64,000 bases of DNA from the human T2T-CHM13v2.0 reference genome, Homo sapiens, in the NCBI RefSeq assembly GCF_009914755.1, contig NC_060947.1; one strand, 5' to 3'. A program made the translations under genes and the position numbers. Below the pieces are notes generated by a model that worked only from the letters and a program-made list of their open reading frames with translations, was not told where the DNA came from and did not search any database. This document shows, piece by piece, positions 19,719 through 33,850 of the stretch (the stretch's first letter is position 1; every line of letters begins with the position of its first letter).

Positions 19719-20859
19719 CCTTCGCATTGGCAGGTACCCTAATTTAGTCCCAACAAACACCTGTCCATCCATGGACTGAAGAGAAAAAAATCATTTTTTA
19801 TTTAACGTTCAGTGATGCATGGCAAGGGGATTGGACAGCATTGGGATTGGCTCTGGGCTTTCTGCAGCAGTGACCACTTTCCACTCTTGAATTCTTCCCA
19901 GTCCAGGTTTAAATAGCTGTAAACTGGGAGGAAGCATGCACAAAGCCAGGCCTCCCACTGATGACTCTGGAAGGGTCCACTGAGTCCTGATGACAGTGGC
20001 AGTGGTCCTTTGGTTTTGAGACCCCTACCAGGACAAGAATAATGCATGAAAAGGACTCCTGAAAGTTCCAACTCTGCTCTGTGCCCTGTACAAGCAACGA
20101 GCACTGAATGTCCTCCAGATATTCCTTATGGGGTAATCAATGCCAAGTACCAAATCTATTTCTTCCTGGTTAGTTGATCATCATCTCGACTCTGACCAGA
20201 CCTTCCTGTGCTTCAAGAGGTTATCTTTTATCATCTTTGGCTAGAGTTGCTAGTGAGTAACATCAGTTTTCAAGCCCAGCCCCCTCAGCCTTTTCTTTGC
20301 CTACTGTCAGGGTAGCAAAGCAAAGTCTATAAAGCACAGGAAGGAAGAAGGAAAGATGGGAATTAATTTATCAGTCAGGTGGATCTTATTAAGACATAAA
20401 ACATAAAACTGAAGCAAGCAAGCAAGCTTATAAACATTAGGCACCTCATATAACTTCATCTGTGTCAATGTAGAGGAAAAACTGACCCAAAGCAATACCA
20501 ACATCAATCATGAATGCATATATATGTGATAAAATTATAAACACACAGACTGGATATTGCCAAATTCATAGTGGAGGTTGCTTCTGGGGATGAAGAGAAG
20601 GAAAGAGAAAGGGAGAAAAGGGATAGGTTTGGGGCAGAGAAAATAAGACATTTCAATTTTATCTGTTAAAAGAAAAGATAACATTAAAAGAAAATGTGGA
20701 AAATATTAACATTTATCAATTCTAGATGGCTTGTATACACAGGTATTTGTCATATAATCTGCAATTGTTTCTGAATGTTTTTAACTTTTAAAAACAAAAA
20801 AGTAAGATAATTGTTGTTGAATAATATGGAGCTGGGTGTAAATGAGCAAGAGGTCGTTT

Positions 20860-20954
20860 CTTTCTTTTTTTGTTTGTTATTTGCTTTTTGAGATGGAGTC
20901 TGGCTCTGTCACCTAAGTTGGAGTGCAGTGGTGTGATCTCGACTTACTGCAACC
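20860..20954 (-). mobile_element. Severely 5'-truncated Alu
   Basis: ~65 bp of Alu 3' end plus tail; TSD agcaagaggtc(g/a)tttctttct. Confidence 0.9.
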
Positions 20955-21166
20955 AGCAAGAGGTCATTTCTTTCTATTTCTACATTATGGTTAATCACCT
21001 GAAGGGGATTTTCTCAGCTTTGACTAGGATGGCTGGTAATATTTAGTTTCAGTAGCATTGTCTTCCATTCTGAATTAACTGTATAAAAGATTACCCTTGG
21101 AAATGGAAAGAAACACAATTTTTTTACAAGATGATCCTATCCTACTCTCTCTCTAACATCTCTTAG

Positions 21167-21348
21167 CAGTGGTTCTCACACTTGGGTGTGCATCAGGATC
21201 ACCAATGGGGCTTGTTTAAACACAGGTTGCTGGGCCCCACCACCAGAGTTTCTGATTCAGTAGCTCTGGACCAGGAATCTGCATCTCTAACAAGTTCCCA
21301 GGTGATGCTGATACTGCTGGTCTGGGGGCCGCACTTTAAGAACCACTG
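21167..21348. mobile_element. MER5A hAT MITE
   Basis: TIRs cagtggttctca...taagaaccactg; 'ttctgattcagtag'. Confidence 0.9.
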
Positions 21349-22766
21349 ATCTAAAGAAAAAAGAAAGAAACAAAAGCTTTACTGAAATCAAGGCTGATTT
21401 TAATGTGGACAATTTATAACTGATAAAGTGTTAAATCAATGGTAGAGGCCTTTTATATAATCATTTTAGATGAGAAAATAATATTGGTTTTATTGAAATA
21501 TTCATTTATTTATTTGGGGCCAAATAGGTCCAAGGAAAATAAAGAGTCCTAGGCAGGGTTAAGAATACCAAGTGTTGCATTTGTTTAATACAAATGCAAA
21601 ATATTTCTAGAAAGATGTATGTAACATGCAATACAAACCATAAATCAATGACTAGTGTCCTGTTCATCTGTTTTGGTAACAAATAAAGACAGAAAACCCC
21701 GAGTTCTTACCTTGCTGCCCCTCGTCCTACTACCTACACCTAATTAATGCTCCCATCTAATTCCACCTGATCCACTGCTCATGTACCCTGTAACCTGCCA
21801 CCCCACAAGGTATCCTCCCAACTCATGCCTGTCAACATTTCTGGATGTTCTTACTTCATATGTTGCTGCTGGTTGTTCAAGATGCCCTATCATTATTTAA
21901 ACTACTGCAATATGCAAACTTTGATGATGCTTTCTGAAAAGAAGCATCTTGCTCTTGGTACTGTTTCAAAAAGCCCAGTTTCATAATTCGTATTTCCGTG
22001 GACATTTATTTTCAAAACCATTTGATGGATAAATCATCTTCATAAAGTTATGTTTTTGTTTCTCATTGCAACCCAAAAATCTTTGAAGACTCCATGCATG
22101 AATATCCAGGGCTCAAAATATAAAAGTCAACAATTATCTGCCTTTAAAACACCATCTTCACAAAGCTAATTTATCAGGTTTCTTCCAATGTTTTCCATGG
22201 ACAGCAAAGGCAAAACAACTATGTCAACTGAATAGCAGTTGTTGCTGCTTTTCCCCCAGCATAGCAGCCAATGCAACTAGAACTCTTATCAAATTAAGCA
22301 CTATGAAATGAGAATGAAGGAAAAGTAGTGACAACCTCCATCAAAGTTTCTCAGTTTCAATAAAATAGGACTTCAGCAAGAAGTCTTTTCACAGCATACC
22401 ACTTACTTCTCCTTTCCCCTGAACATAGATTCTGGATGTTCAAATCATCACAGCATAGCAGCAGCCCACTAAAAATTATAGTAGGTGGGCATCATTCAAG
22501 ATTGTATAGCCCTGGGATCTAATTCAACAAAATGATTTCTACATTAATTCAAGAATTTCCCCCTCTGGTTATAGAATGAAGTCTTAAGATCATCAGCTAA
22601 AAAGCATTATCCCACACCCCTGGGCTCCAAAACACTGTGGTTGGTGCAAGAAAAGATAAGAGAAGGAAGTTGCAGTCTGTGACCTAGGTCAACATAAAAG
22701 AAAAAAAATGAGCTCGTGAAAGCTTACAAAACATTGGCATAATCAAATGTCAACCAATGTTGCTAC

Positions 22767-23273
22767 TATAAGAGTTAAAGAAAGACGAAAAGAAATACAA
22801 AACACAGCTCGGCAGTCAAAGACAGGTTTTCTTTAGATAAAACCTGAGAAGGACTTCTGGCCGATTTTGGCCAGGAGTCCTTTCTCTTACAGACTAAGAG
22901 TATATATTGGTTTTAGGATGAGGGGGCTTATCAGAAGCTTGGAATGTTTATGTGTGAGGAGAAGTTTATGGCAGGGTTGGAATCTCTCTGAGAGAAGGGG
23001 AGGTTATCTTGGGGCAGACATCTTTCTGGCCCAGAGAGGGGTTATCTTGGGGCTAGCATCTTCCAGGCTGGAGGGGGCTTATCTAGGAGCTAGCATGTCT
23101 CTGGTCTGGGAGGACTTTGAAATGTTTCTGATTGGAGATGTTATTTGTGGTTTATGGTCATGCTGACCTTAGCCATTAGGCTGATGCCCTTTGGATTTAG
23201 GCAGTTTTTTTTTAATCAAGGTGAACTTTAGAATGAGGGGCTTGTCCAAGATGGCGATGCTCCCTCTCTGTCA
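22767..23273 (-). mobile_element. ERV1-class solo LTR (MER61-like)
   Basis: Minus strand begins TGACAGAGAGGGAGCATCGCCATCTTGGACAAG; 507 bp; 5-bp TSD gctac. Confidence 0.75.
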
Positions 23274-23419
23274 GCTACATAAAAAGGGTAGTAATAATAT
23301 AGTCTTAGTCTCAAGTAACTGGAATGGGCTATTATAGCTAATGCAGTTTTCTATTCCAAGAAAGGCTAAGCAGATGCTTTTCTTCTTAATTTTCCAATAT
23401 TGTTGCTAGCACATGGTAG

Positions 23420-23995
23420 TAGTGGGTTTTGTGGACTGGATTCCTCAACTCTGTTCCAACCTTATTCTGTGCCTTCTAGGATTACAGAGACTTGAAAGCA
23501 ACAAGCTCTGTTTTCCAAGTTCCCTTACAGCTAGAACTGTGGAAGAGATTTAGATTCTGCATAACAGATGCACTCTTATAATACTTGGATTTGAAACCAA
23601 GTTACGTGGGAAAAGAGGCCAGGTGTGAGAAATCCATTTTGTGGGTGCAAATTATACCTAAAGCAGCCAGGTTCCAATGCCATCGTTTGAGGCTGTGGCT
23701 TCCTGACTTAGCAGAGGTGGCTTCCCTATCACAGCAGAGGCAATGCAGCTCCTGAGCCAGCACTTTAGGGGTCGTGACCCATTCAAAAGGCAGGTTTTAG
23801 ACTGCGGCAGAAACAGCGGTGACACTGGAGGTCCCATTTTGTGGTTTGCTTTGAAAATCGCTCCTGGCAGTTCAGCTCACAGCCTGTCTCTTCAGGCCTT
23901 CTAATGATATTGTCACTTAATACTCCATATTTGTCCCTTTATGTTTAAGCCATTTATATTTTATTCTGTCTCTGTAAGTGATCCCCAATGAATAC
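23420..23995 (+). mobile_element. ERVL LTR (LTR33-like)
   Basis: 'ttccaagttcccttacagctag...cagatgcactc'. Confidence 0.55.
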
Positions 23996-24532
23996 AGTAG
24001 ATGTTCACTTCCCTGCCTTAATAAATACAGTGTAATAAACGTACTTGATGATTAAGTACCTTAAAATTCCTCAAAGTTATTGTTAGGATAATAAAGAAAA
24101 AGAGTTTTGTTCAAATGAAATTAATGAGTGCCAAATCACCTTGAACTTGAACTTCCAGGAATAACTTAATTTTGTGTGAACAAAAATCTCCTTTCACACT
24201 CTTATAGTAAGTAAAATATTAGAGGTATAGAAGAATAAGGAAATCAAGTGAAGAGAATATTGAAAGCATAACATACAGTTAAATGAGTAAATAAGGCTGT
24301 GTGTTGGCAGTGGGTTTAATATAATATCTCAATAGTAAAATGGCAGAGACTCCAGCAGCAGCCCAGGAAAAGACAGTGTGGGCTTGGATTGGGGTGGTAA
24401 GAAAGAGATGGAGACTAGAGCAAAGATGGTGAGTATCATAATTTGAATTTCCCCAGAAGCAAACCTTGAGAGGACAATTTGAACGCAAGTGGTTTTTTTA
24501 AGAGACAAAAACCAATAGGGGAGTTGGGAAAG

Positions 24533-25021
24533 TGTATAGTTTTCTATTGCTGCTGTAACAAATCACCACAAATTTGTATGAATGTATTCTCTCACAGTTC
24601 TGAGGGTCAAAAGTCCAAATCCGTTTCATTTGGCTAAAATCAATGTGTCAGCAGGACTGGTTCCTTGTAAGGCTCCAGGGGAGAATCCATTTCCTTTCCT
24701 CTTCCAGCTTCTAGAGGGCACCAGCATTCCTTGGCTTGTAGTCCCTTCCTCCACCTTCAAAGCACATCATTTCAGTCTCTGCTTCTATCATCACATTACC
24801 TTCTCTTCTCACTCTGACTCCTGCTGAGTCCCTCTTAGAAAGGAGTGATGTAGTTACATCAAGCCCATTCAGATAATCCAGGATAATCTCCCCATTTAAA
24901 TATTCTCAAATTAATCCCATCTGTGAAGTCCCTTTTGCCTATTTTATTACCTGTAATGTAATAATCACAGGTTCCACAGATCAGAATATTTGAGAAGCCC
25001 TTATTCAGCCTACCTACCACA
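24533..25021 (-). mobile_element. MaLR LTR (MLT1D-like)
   Basis: 'tgtatagttttctattgctgctgtaacaaatcaccac...ataatccaggataatctcccc...cctaccaca'. Confidence 0.85.
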
Positions 25022-25136
25022 GGAAGTGAGAGTGTGAAGGGGAGGAAGTCAGTAAAGTGTATATTAATTGAGCCAGTTTTCATGGTGGACCACTGGAGCT
25101 CAATCCCACTGGGGAACTCTGGGAGACTGTGGAGAG

Positions 25137-25297
25137 CAGAGCTTCTCAAGCTTCAGTGTGCATCCCCCCTGGGGATCTTATTAAAATGCAGATTCTGATT
25201 CAGTAGGTTTGAGGTAGAGCCTGAGATTCTGCATTTCCAACAAGTTTCCAGGTGACACCAATGCTGTTGATCTGGTACCATGCTTTAAATAACAATG
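25137..25297. mobile_element. MER5-family MITE
   Basis: 'aaaatgcagattctgattcagtagg...gagattctgcatttccaacaag'. Confidence 0.8.
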
Positions 25298-26717
25298 ATG
25301 TAGAATGTGCCTCAAAGCTATCCCAAATCAGGGGCAAGGAGGTTGGGATATTTATTCACCAACTCCCTGTTCTTCATTAGTGGAAAGCTGCTTTCAGGCC
25401 ACTTCCTGATTGCCCTGTATGTGGGTGGAGAATGGTCCTGAGGCAAAAAAAAAAAAAAAAAAAAAAGTTCCAGGTGGAGTCATAGTTGTTTACAATGAAC
25501 AACCTTCATTGTATGAAGGTGAGTGCAAAGAGAATAGGGACAGGACACCAACAACATGTGCTACAGTGACTGACTAGTTATAGAAAGACAAGGAGGAAGA
25601 ATAGGATGGAGGACAGAAGAAGAAAAAGCATGCTAATGAGAAAGGAGATTCATCCAGTTTGGAATCTGAGACACTGGGAAAACACTGGTAGCATGAATAA
25701 ATAATTGTGAGGGTCAAGATGACTTTATTTCCATCCAGACGCTCAAATGCCTGACTTAATGCTATGCTGACTCTTTGGTCATTTAGAGTGTACAGAGCTG
25801 CATCAAAGCCCCTGAGTGTCTGCTTGCAGCCTATCAAAACAATCTCTCCCCTGAACCCCTAAGCCCTCGGTTCCCTCTCCACATATAATTCTCTTCCAAC
25901 CTGGAGGTTACTCTGGAAACAAGCCCTCTGCAAATTCCAAGAAACAGATAATAAGAGCTTGGAGGAGGATTGTGGTTACAAGAATAGAAGCATGAGATGT
26001 AAGAAATATTCCAGAGGACATACTTCAAAGGAGGCAGGATATTTAAGTGCTGAAATTGTGCTGAAGTGAATGTCACAATTTAAAGCCAATGTAATTTTAG
26101 TTTGATTACCGATTCTCTAAGTGTCCTTAGGTATAAGTCATCTGTTGGCCAGCAGTTTACAATGCATTAGCTGTTGACACACACTATATGTGAAACTTGG
26201 AAGTATTGCCATGTAAACAAAATAAGATTTGCCTGCCACTTTGCATTATATCAAAAGAGCATAAATAAAAATTAAGGTGCACTTCTTTCCAGTTATATTG
26301 CTATTGTTCTTTCTAACAAAGCAATTTCTAGAAATGTAGGATGTTACCTGAAATATCTTCTTTGTTCAAACACACAGAAGTAATAACTGACTTTCAGAGA
26401 CATGTGTGTACTATCCATTTTGAGTCTCCATCATTCATTGTCACACACTATTACTACTGTAGCCTTTAGAGAATTTTCATTTTTCCGTGGATATAACTGA
26501 TGTGACCTATCAGCTACAAGAAATTCCTGGCACCAAGTCATCTTGAGCAGCACATGTCTTAGAAGGCACCAGGTTATCAAGGAAAGAGGGATTTGGAGTT
26601 ATAAGTCTTAATTCCACAACCAGCTTTCCCCAGATTGTTAACTGAATGGCCTCAGATTAATTGAATTCAAAGCCCTTTTCTATGCCAAAATTTTAGGTTT
26701 TTGATAAATATTTTTGG

Positions 26718-27322
26718 TGTATATATATACATCATCATATATATCATTTTTGGTATATATAATATATATTATTGGTATATATATAATATATAGGTATATA
26801 TATAATATATATATATCATTGCCAGTAACATATATATATCATATATAACATATATATCATATATATAAAACATATATCATATATAAAACATATATATCAT
26901 ATATATAAAACATATACATCATATATATAAAACATATATCATATAACACATATATCATATGTATATAACATATATACGATATATAACATATATACGATAT
27001 ATAACATATATACGATATATAACATATATACGATATGTAACATATATCTCATATGTAACATATACGATATGTAACATATATCTCATATGTAACATATATA
27101 CGATATGTAACATATATCTCATATGTAACATATATACGATATGTAACATATATCTCATATGTAACATATATACGATATGTAACATATATCTCATATGTAA
27201 CATATATACGATATGTAACATATATCTCATATGTAACATATATACGATATGTAACATATATATGTTATATATATGATATATATCTCATATATAACATATA
27301 TATCATATATATATCATATCAT
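26718..27322. repeat. AT-rich compound minisatellite with 18-bp and 36-bp units
   Basis: atatataacatatatacg x~4, then (atatgtaacatatatctc atatgtaacatatatacg) x6. Confidence 0.95.
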
Positions 27323-27489
27323 TAATATAGAACCAGATTAATTTAAATGCTTTCCACCAATTGCTCACATTCCTCTACTCTGAGTTCACTGCTTCCCTTC
27401 CATACATTCCATACATTCATTTCAGTAACTCTCCTTCCACTTGTAGGATGGAAAAACAGTCAGATGTTTAAAAAAAAAAAACTCAGCTA

Positions 27490-27680
27490 ATAAAATCCCA
27501 ATAAAGTCTGGAGTCTAATTAAGAGTCATATAACGATGTGTTAGTGTTGACAAATGTCCCATAGTCATGCAAGATGTTAACATTGGGGAAACGGGGTAAA
27601 GGGTATATGGGAAGACCCCGCGCTATCTTTGCAACTTCTCTATAAATCTAAAATTACTCCAAAATAAAAAGCTTATTACA
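27490..27680 (+). mobile_element. L1MC/L1MB 3' end
   Basis: 'gcaagatgttaacattggggaaac..ctatctttgcaacttctctataaatctaaa'. Confidence 0.7.
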
Positions 27681-27689
27681 AGAATAAGC

Positions 27690-27820
27690 AAACTTGGGTT
27701 TGGAAATCTACCCCCTCAAACCTTGTATTCACTAGCTGTGTGATTTGAAAAAAAGTGATTAAATGCTCTCAGCAACAGTTTCCTCATTTGTAAAATATGA
27801 ACGGTACCATCCACTTTTCT
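27690..27820 (+). mobile_element. MIR SINE
   Basis: 'actagctgtgtga...cagtttcctcatttgtaaaat'. Confidence 0.7.
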
Positions 27821-28221
27821 GGAGAAGTCAGGATTCAAGATCAGATTAGATACTTTATACATAGTTTTGGTGTTACTTTTACTAAATTTTAAAGGATCTG
27901 GGGTAACTTAGAGTAAAAAGCAACAGAGTAGCCAGAAAAGGGCACCACCATCAACATTCTCCTTGGTAAGTTGCCCAAATGAGTTCTGCAAGTTAATTCT
28001 GATTTCCTTAAAGGTGGCACTTTCATAAACATAAAATGAATATATTATAAAAGAGCTAAGGAAGACAGAGGAATTGATCAATCCAAAATCTAAATTCTTG
28101 AAAAACAAATACCACAGAAAAACTTGTAGAAAATCAAATCAAGGGGAAAAAATATATAAGAACACTGCAGTTGCACGTTAGCAAAATTCTAAACTTTAAC
28201 AAAATTGATGTTTTTAAAATT

Positions 28222-28400
28222 TTTTGTTTTTAATTGTTATGGATACACAATAGTTCTATATATTTATGTGATATTTTGATACAAGCATACAATGTGTGAT
28301 GATCAAATTAGGGTAACTAGGATATCCATCACCTCAAGCATTTATCATTTCTTCATGTAAAAACATTCCAGTTCCACTCTTTTATTTTGAAATATGCAAT
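28222..28400 (-). mobile_element. L1MA 3'-end fragment
   Basis: 'ttttgatacaagcatacaatgtgtgatgatcaaattagggtaac'. Confidence 0.8.
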
Positions 28401-28501
28401 ATAAACTGATCTCACTTTAAAATATGGATATGAAAATCCAGTTAATTTATACTAATTTAATGAAACTAACATTTCCTTTAAGTAATAATCTATCATAACT
28501 A

Positions 28502-28915
<414 letters not shown>

Positions 28916-29706
28916 TCAAAGTTATTGAAAAGGCATTTTATAAAACAAATTCCCCATTCTTTAACTATTATAAAACTAAAATTAGAAAAGCATAAACTTG
29001 TAGGATTTTTTAAAGTCTGTATCAACCTCTAAGATCAAAAACAAGGCAAGGATGCCCAGTCTTGCCACTTTGATTCAATGTAATATTGAAAATCCTAGCC
29101 AGAGAAATTAGACAAGAAAAAGAAATACAAGGAATTCAAATGGAAAATGAGGAGGCAAAAGTATCTCTGTTTGCAGATGCCATGATTTTGCATGTAGAAA
29201 ACCCTAAAGATTCCAGAAAAAAAAAAACTGTTAGAATTAGACAAATTCAGCAAAACTGTAGGATACAAAAGGAACACTGAAAAATCGGTTGTGTTTCTAT
29301 ACACTAATAACAATTTTAAAAGGAAATTAGGAAAACAGTCCCATTTATAATAGCATCAAAAAGAATAAGACACTTAAGAATAAACTTAACCAAGGAGGAA
29401 AAAGACTTGTACACTGAAAACTATAAAACATTGCTGAAAGAAATTAAAGAAGACCCAAATAAATGAAAAGATATCCCATGTTCATAGATTGGAACACCTA
29501 TATTTAAGATGTCCATACTACTCAATGCAACTTACAATCCCTATCAAAATTCCAATGGCATTTTTTGTAGAAATTTTTAAAATGCTAAAATCCAAATGAA
29601 AACTCAAAGAACCTCTAATAGCTAAAACAATCTTAAGAAGGAAGAACAAAATTGGAGACCTCATAACTTCTAATTTCAAAATATATTGCAAGGCTACGGT
29701 AATCAA

Positions 29707-30190
29707 TGTGTCTGTTCCAACTATGCCTATTGGAACCCAAAGCTGGGAAACTCATCTGCCCACTTGGCCCTTAGGATTCCTCTGCCATCCCCATCCCTTG
29801 TGCAGGCTGTGTGCCCCTCTCTGTGGAGGTGCAGTGCAGACACAAGCAGCAGCAGGGGCCTGGCTTCCAGGGGAATTGCTGGGCTAGTTTGGGGAAGGAA
29901 GGAAGCCCCACCTATCATGTCCACCCCATAGCCTGGAAGAAGCTCCATGCCAGCAGGAAAGACCAACATGGAAGCCACAGCCCTGCTAATTCTGTGGCTC
30001 ATCAATCCTGCTGAACAGCCCAGCTACCATCACCACATCCCATTATCAGGGCCTCCTGTCCCCACATTTCCATCTGCCCGTGGACAAACATGCCTCTCTT
30101 CCTGTCAGTCCAGAGTAGACCCAGCTGGTGGCTGATATTTTTCAAGTAAACTTTCAATGAGAAAATTAAAAAACAATAACAAAAACAAAA
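29707..30190 (+). pseudogene. Putative 5'-truncated processed-transcript copy of unknown source
   Basis: Non-repeat, GC-rich ~455 bp splitting L1 'gtaatcaa|aacagtatg'; AGTAAA at 30145-30150, then A-rich tail at 30162-30190. Confidence 0.65.
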
Positions 30191-30918
30191 ACAGTATGAT
30201 ACTGGCATAAAGACAGACAAATAGACCAATGGGACAGAATAGAGAGCCCAGAAATATACCTTCATGTATATGATCAAATAGTTTTCAACAAGGATGGCAA
30301 GACTACACAATGGGAAAGGATAGTCTCTTCAACAAATAGTGTTGGGAAAACTGGATATCCAACATGCAAAAGAAAGAAGTTGAATCCTTAATCTTATGCC
30401 ATATACAAAAATTAACTCAAAGTAAGTTAAAGAACTAAACATAAGACCTGAAATATTATTAAACTCCTAGAAGAAAATATAGGAGAAAAGCTTCATGATA
30501 TTGGAATAGGTAATGATTTCTTGGATATGACACCAAAGCACAGCCAACAAAAGCAAAAATAGACAAATGGGTCTATGTCAAACATAAAAACTTCTGTCCA
30601 GCAAATGAAACAATCAATAGAGTGAAAAGGGAACCTATGAAATGGGAGAAAATGTTTGCAAACCATACATTGGATACAGGTTAATATTCAGAATATATAA
30701 CTTACTTCTACAACTCAATAACAGAAAAACAAATAACCCAATTTAAAAGTGGGCAAAGAACTTGAATAGACATTTCTCTATAGAAGATGTACAAATGGGC
30801 AAAAGCATATGAAAAGATGCTCAACATCACTAATTATCAAGGAAAATACAAATCAAAACCACAATGAGATATCACCTCACACCCATTAAGATAGTCACCA
30901 TTAAAAAAACAGAAAATA

Positions 30919-31213
<295 letters not shown>

Positions 31214-31899
31214 AAAAAAAAACAGAAAATAGTAAGTGTTGGTAAGGATGTGGAGAAATTGGAACCCTTGTGTACTGTTGGTGAAATTGTAAAATGATGC
31301 AGCTGCTATGGAAAACAAAAATTAAAAATGAAACTACCATATGATTCAGCAATCCCACTTCCGACTATATATCCAAAAGAATTGAAAACAGGATCTTGAA
31401 GAGCTGTTTGTACACCCATGTTCATTGCTGCATTATTCACAACAGCCAAGAAGTGGAAGCAACCTAAATGTCCATTGCTATATGAATGGATAAAGAGAAT
31501 GTGGTATATACATACATACATATATACATATTCAGCCTCAAAAAAAGAAGGAAATCCTGTCATATACTACTACATGGATGAACCTGGAGGATATTATGCT
31601 AAGTGAAATAAGCCAATCACAAAATGATAAATACTGCATGATTTCACTTATTCAGTAACTAAAGTAATCAAACTCATAGAAACAGAAAATAGAATAGTGG
31701 TTTCCAGGGGCTGGGGAAAAGGGAAAAGGGAAGTTGTTCACTGTGTATAGAGTTTCAGCCATGCAAGATGAAAGTGTTCTATATATCTGCCGTATAAAAA
31801 ACATGCATATAGTTAGCAATACTATACAGTACACTAAAAAATTGTTGAGGGTGAATATATGTTATTTTTTTACCACAATTTTCCTGTATCAAGCAACAG

Positions 31900-32420
31900 C
31901 CAAGATACATTCAACAGTAGAGCCATAGAAGCACTCCATTAAAATAAGATATAAAAAAGCATTCTCACAATAATCATTAATATTTAATATTATTTTCATT
32001 CTGTCAATTTGCAATAAGATATGAATCAGAAACAAACATAAAATTGTTATTTGCAGGTAATACTATACAGATATAAAACAAAATAAAATCCACCTAAAAA
32101 TTATTTAAAGTGATAAGGAAGTTCAGTAAAGTGATTGCACACAAGGTAAATATACAGAAATTAATAGTTTTCCTTCCCAATAGTAGCCAAAAAGAATAAA
32201 TATTTGAAAAACAGATCACATTCACAAGAGCAACAAAGACATAAAATACCCATTTGTTAAATATGTAGAACCCCTATGATAAAAACTATATTTTACCAAG
32301 ACATATAAAGAAAGACTTATGTATATAGAATCCTGCCATATTTCCGGCTGTCATGACAAAACATTATAAATATGCCAATTATTCCTAAAATGACTTATAG
32401 ATTAAATTTCAGTAAATAGT
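31900..32420 (+). mobile_element. Ancient L1M ORF2 fragment
   Basis: 'ttatttgcagg' and 'gttcagtaaagtg...caaggtaaatatacagaaattaatag'. Confidence 0.6.
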
Positions 32421-33119
32421 CCATTTTTAAAATTTAAAAATATTTGTCTCAGAAATGTGAGTTGTGATTTCATCTTTCATTCTACCCATCTTTGTAATTT
32501 CGAGAAAATGAAAAACACTAAAGGTTTGGGCTATGATGATGTCAATGGGATTAGGGGAGTATCCTGGACTTCTGGAAAACACATATGTTCCAGAATCAGG
32601 AAGCATGTTCATGCCATGCCATCGTGTCCCCAAGCACATATTTTCTCTTCTATTAAATAGTCACCCAATGATTACTTCCATCAACATTTTTCCCTTCTCA
32701 ACTAGTTGAAATTTAGTATTTATGTACATCTGAGTATTTGCCTACTTATCTATTGATTATGGACTTGGTGGATGACCCGAGGCCCAACCTATCTAGAATA
32801 GTCCAGATTTTTGATATGCTGAAGATCATGAGATGTCAAAAACTCACAAAGAGAAAATGGGAGATGAGTTGAATCGTCGTTTGCAGCATCAGGCTGATTA
32901 TCACATATCCCTACAGTGTTCCTCCAGCCCCACTATTATGCACTGTGGAAGAGGTTTGCTAATGCTAGGCTGCTTTGGCAGATTCTTGAGCACTCTGTAA
33001 CTCTCTATAAAGGACTCACACACTGGAGATAAGATTAAATTATTATGTGGGTCTTATGCAACCCACCAGATCTGACCCTTTCATGTATTGGTCAATAATT
33101 GGTCCTTGTCCTTTTTTTA

Positions 33120-33850
33120 AATTATCCCAGGACACCAATGGGCCACAATTCTGGGAAGGAGGACCTCCTGGTCCTGGGAATTATTTGGCACTTTAAGAGG
33201 TGATTCAAGGGGCCCATGTCCCTCCATTGTGGCTCCAAGACCTCCAGGGCATAGTTCTTTTTTTTTAATTTCAACTTTTATGTTAGATTCAGGGGGTAAG
33301 TGTGCAGGTTTGTTACATGGGTATATTACATGATGCTGAGGTTTGTGGTACAATTAATCTCCTCACCCAGGTAGTGAGCATAGTACCCAATAGGTAGCTT
33401 TTTTTTAGCCCCTGCCCCCTCCCTCTCTCCTCCTTTTTGGAGTCCCCAGTATCTACTGCTTGCCATCTTTGTGTCCATGTGTACCCATTGTTTAGCTCCC
33501 ACTTATAAATGAGAACCTGCAGTATTTGGTTTTCTGTTCATATGTTAATTCACTTAGGATCATGCCCTCCAGCTGCATTCCATGTTGCTGCAAAGGACAT
33601 GATTTCATTCTTTTATAGTATTCTTTATCCAGTCCAGGGCATAGTTCTTATCTCCATGGTCAAAGAGAAGTATCCTGGCTAGCAGGAAAAGGGAAGAGTA
33701 AAGGAGTTGGAAACTGCACATTATCAAATGGCAGTGAAGAGAACTTGGTCACAAAGACACACCTAATCCCAATGGGGAGGTGGGAGTGTAGATTCTAGTG
33801 CCCTAGGACAAGGGGAGAATGCATTCAGAGGACAACCAGTTGCCTTTCAC
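33120..33850 (-). mobile_element. Old MaLR LTR (MLT1H/J-like), split by L1
   Basis: 'gaacttggtcacaaagacacacctaa' and related degenerate motifs. Confidence 0.5.
33260..33632 (-). mobile_element. Short L1PA (old, PA13-16 type) 3' end
   Basis: Antisense L1PA 3'UTR; 17-bp TSD tccagggcatagttctt. Confidence 0.9.

Larger units (their letters stand above)
24430..25565 (-). mobile_element. ERVL LTR16-like, interrupted by MLT1D and MER5
   Basis: 'ttccccagaagcaaaccttgag' start; 'ctggagctcaatcccactgggg' continuation after the insert. Confidence 0.6.

Noticed and set aside
26955-27276. Repetitive ORFs (MLHIVY..., ICNIY...) or a CRISPR-like array
   Set aside because: Translation of a 36-bp minisatellite; no unique spacers or cas genes; eukaryotic DNA.
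32720-33000. Possible retroviral integrase remnant
   Set aside because: Only a vague motif resemblance; cannot be supported without a search.
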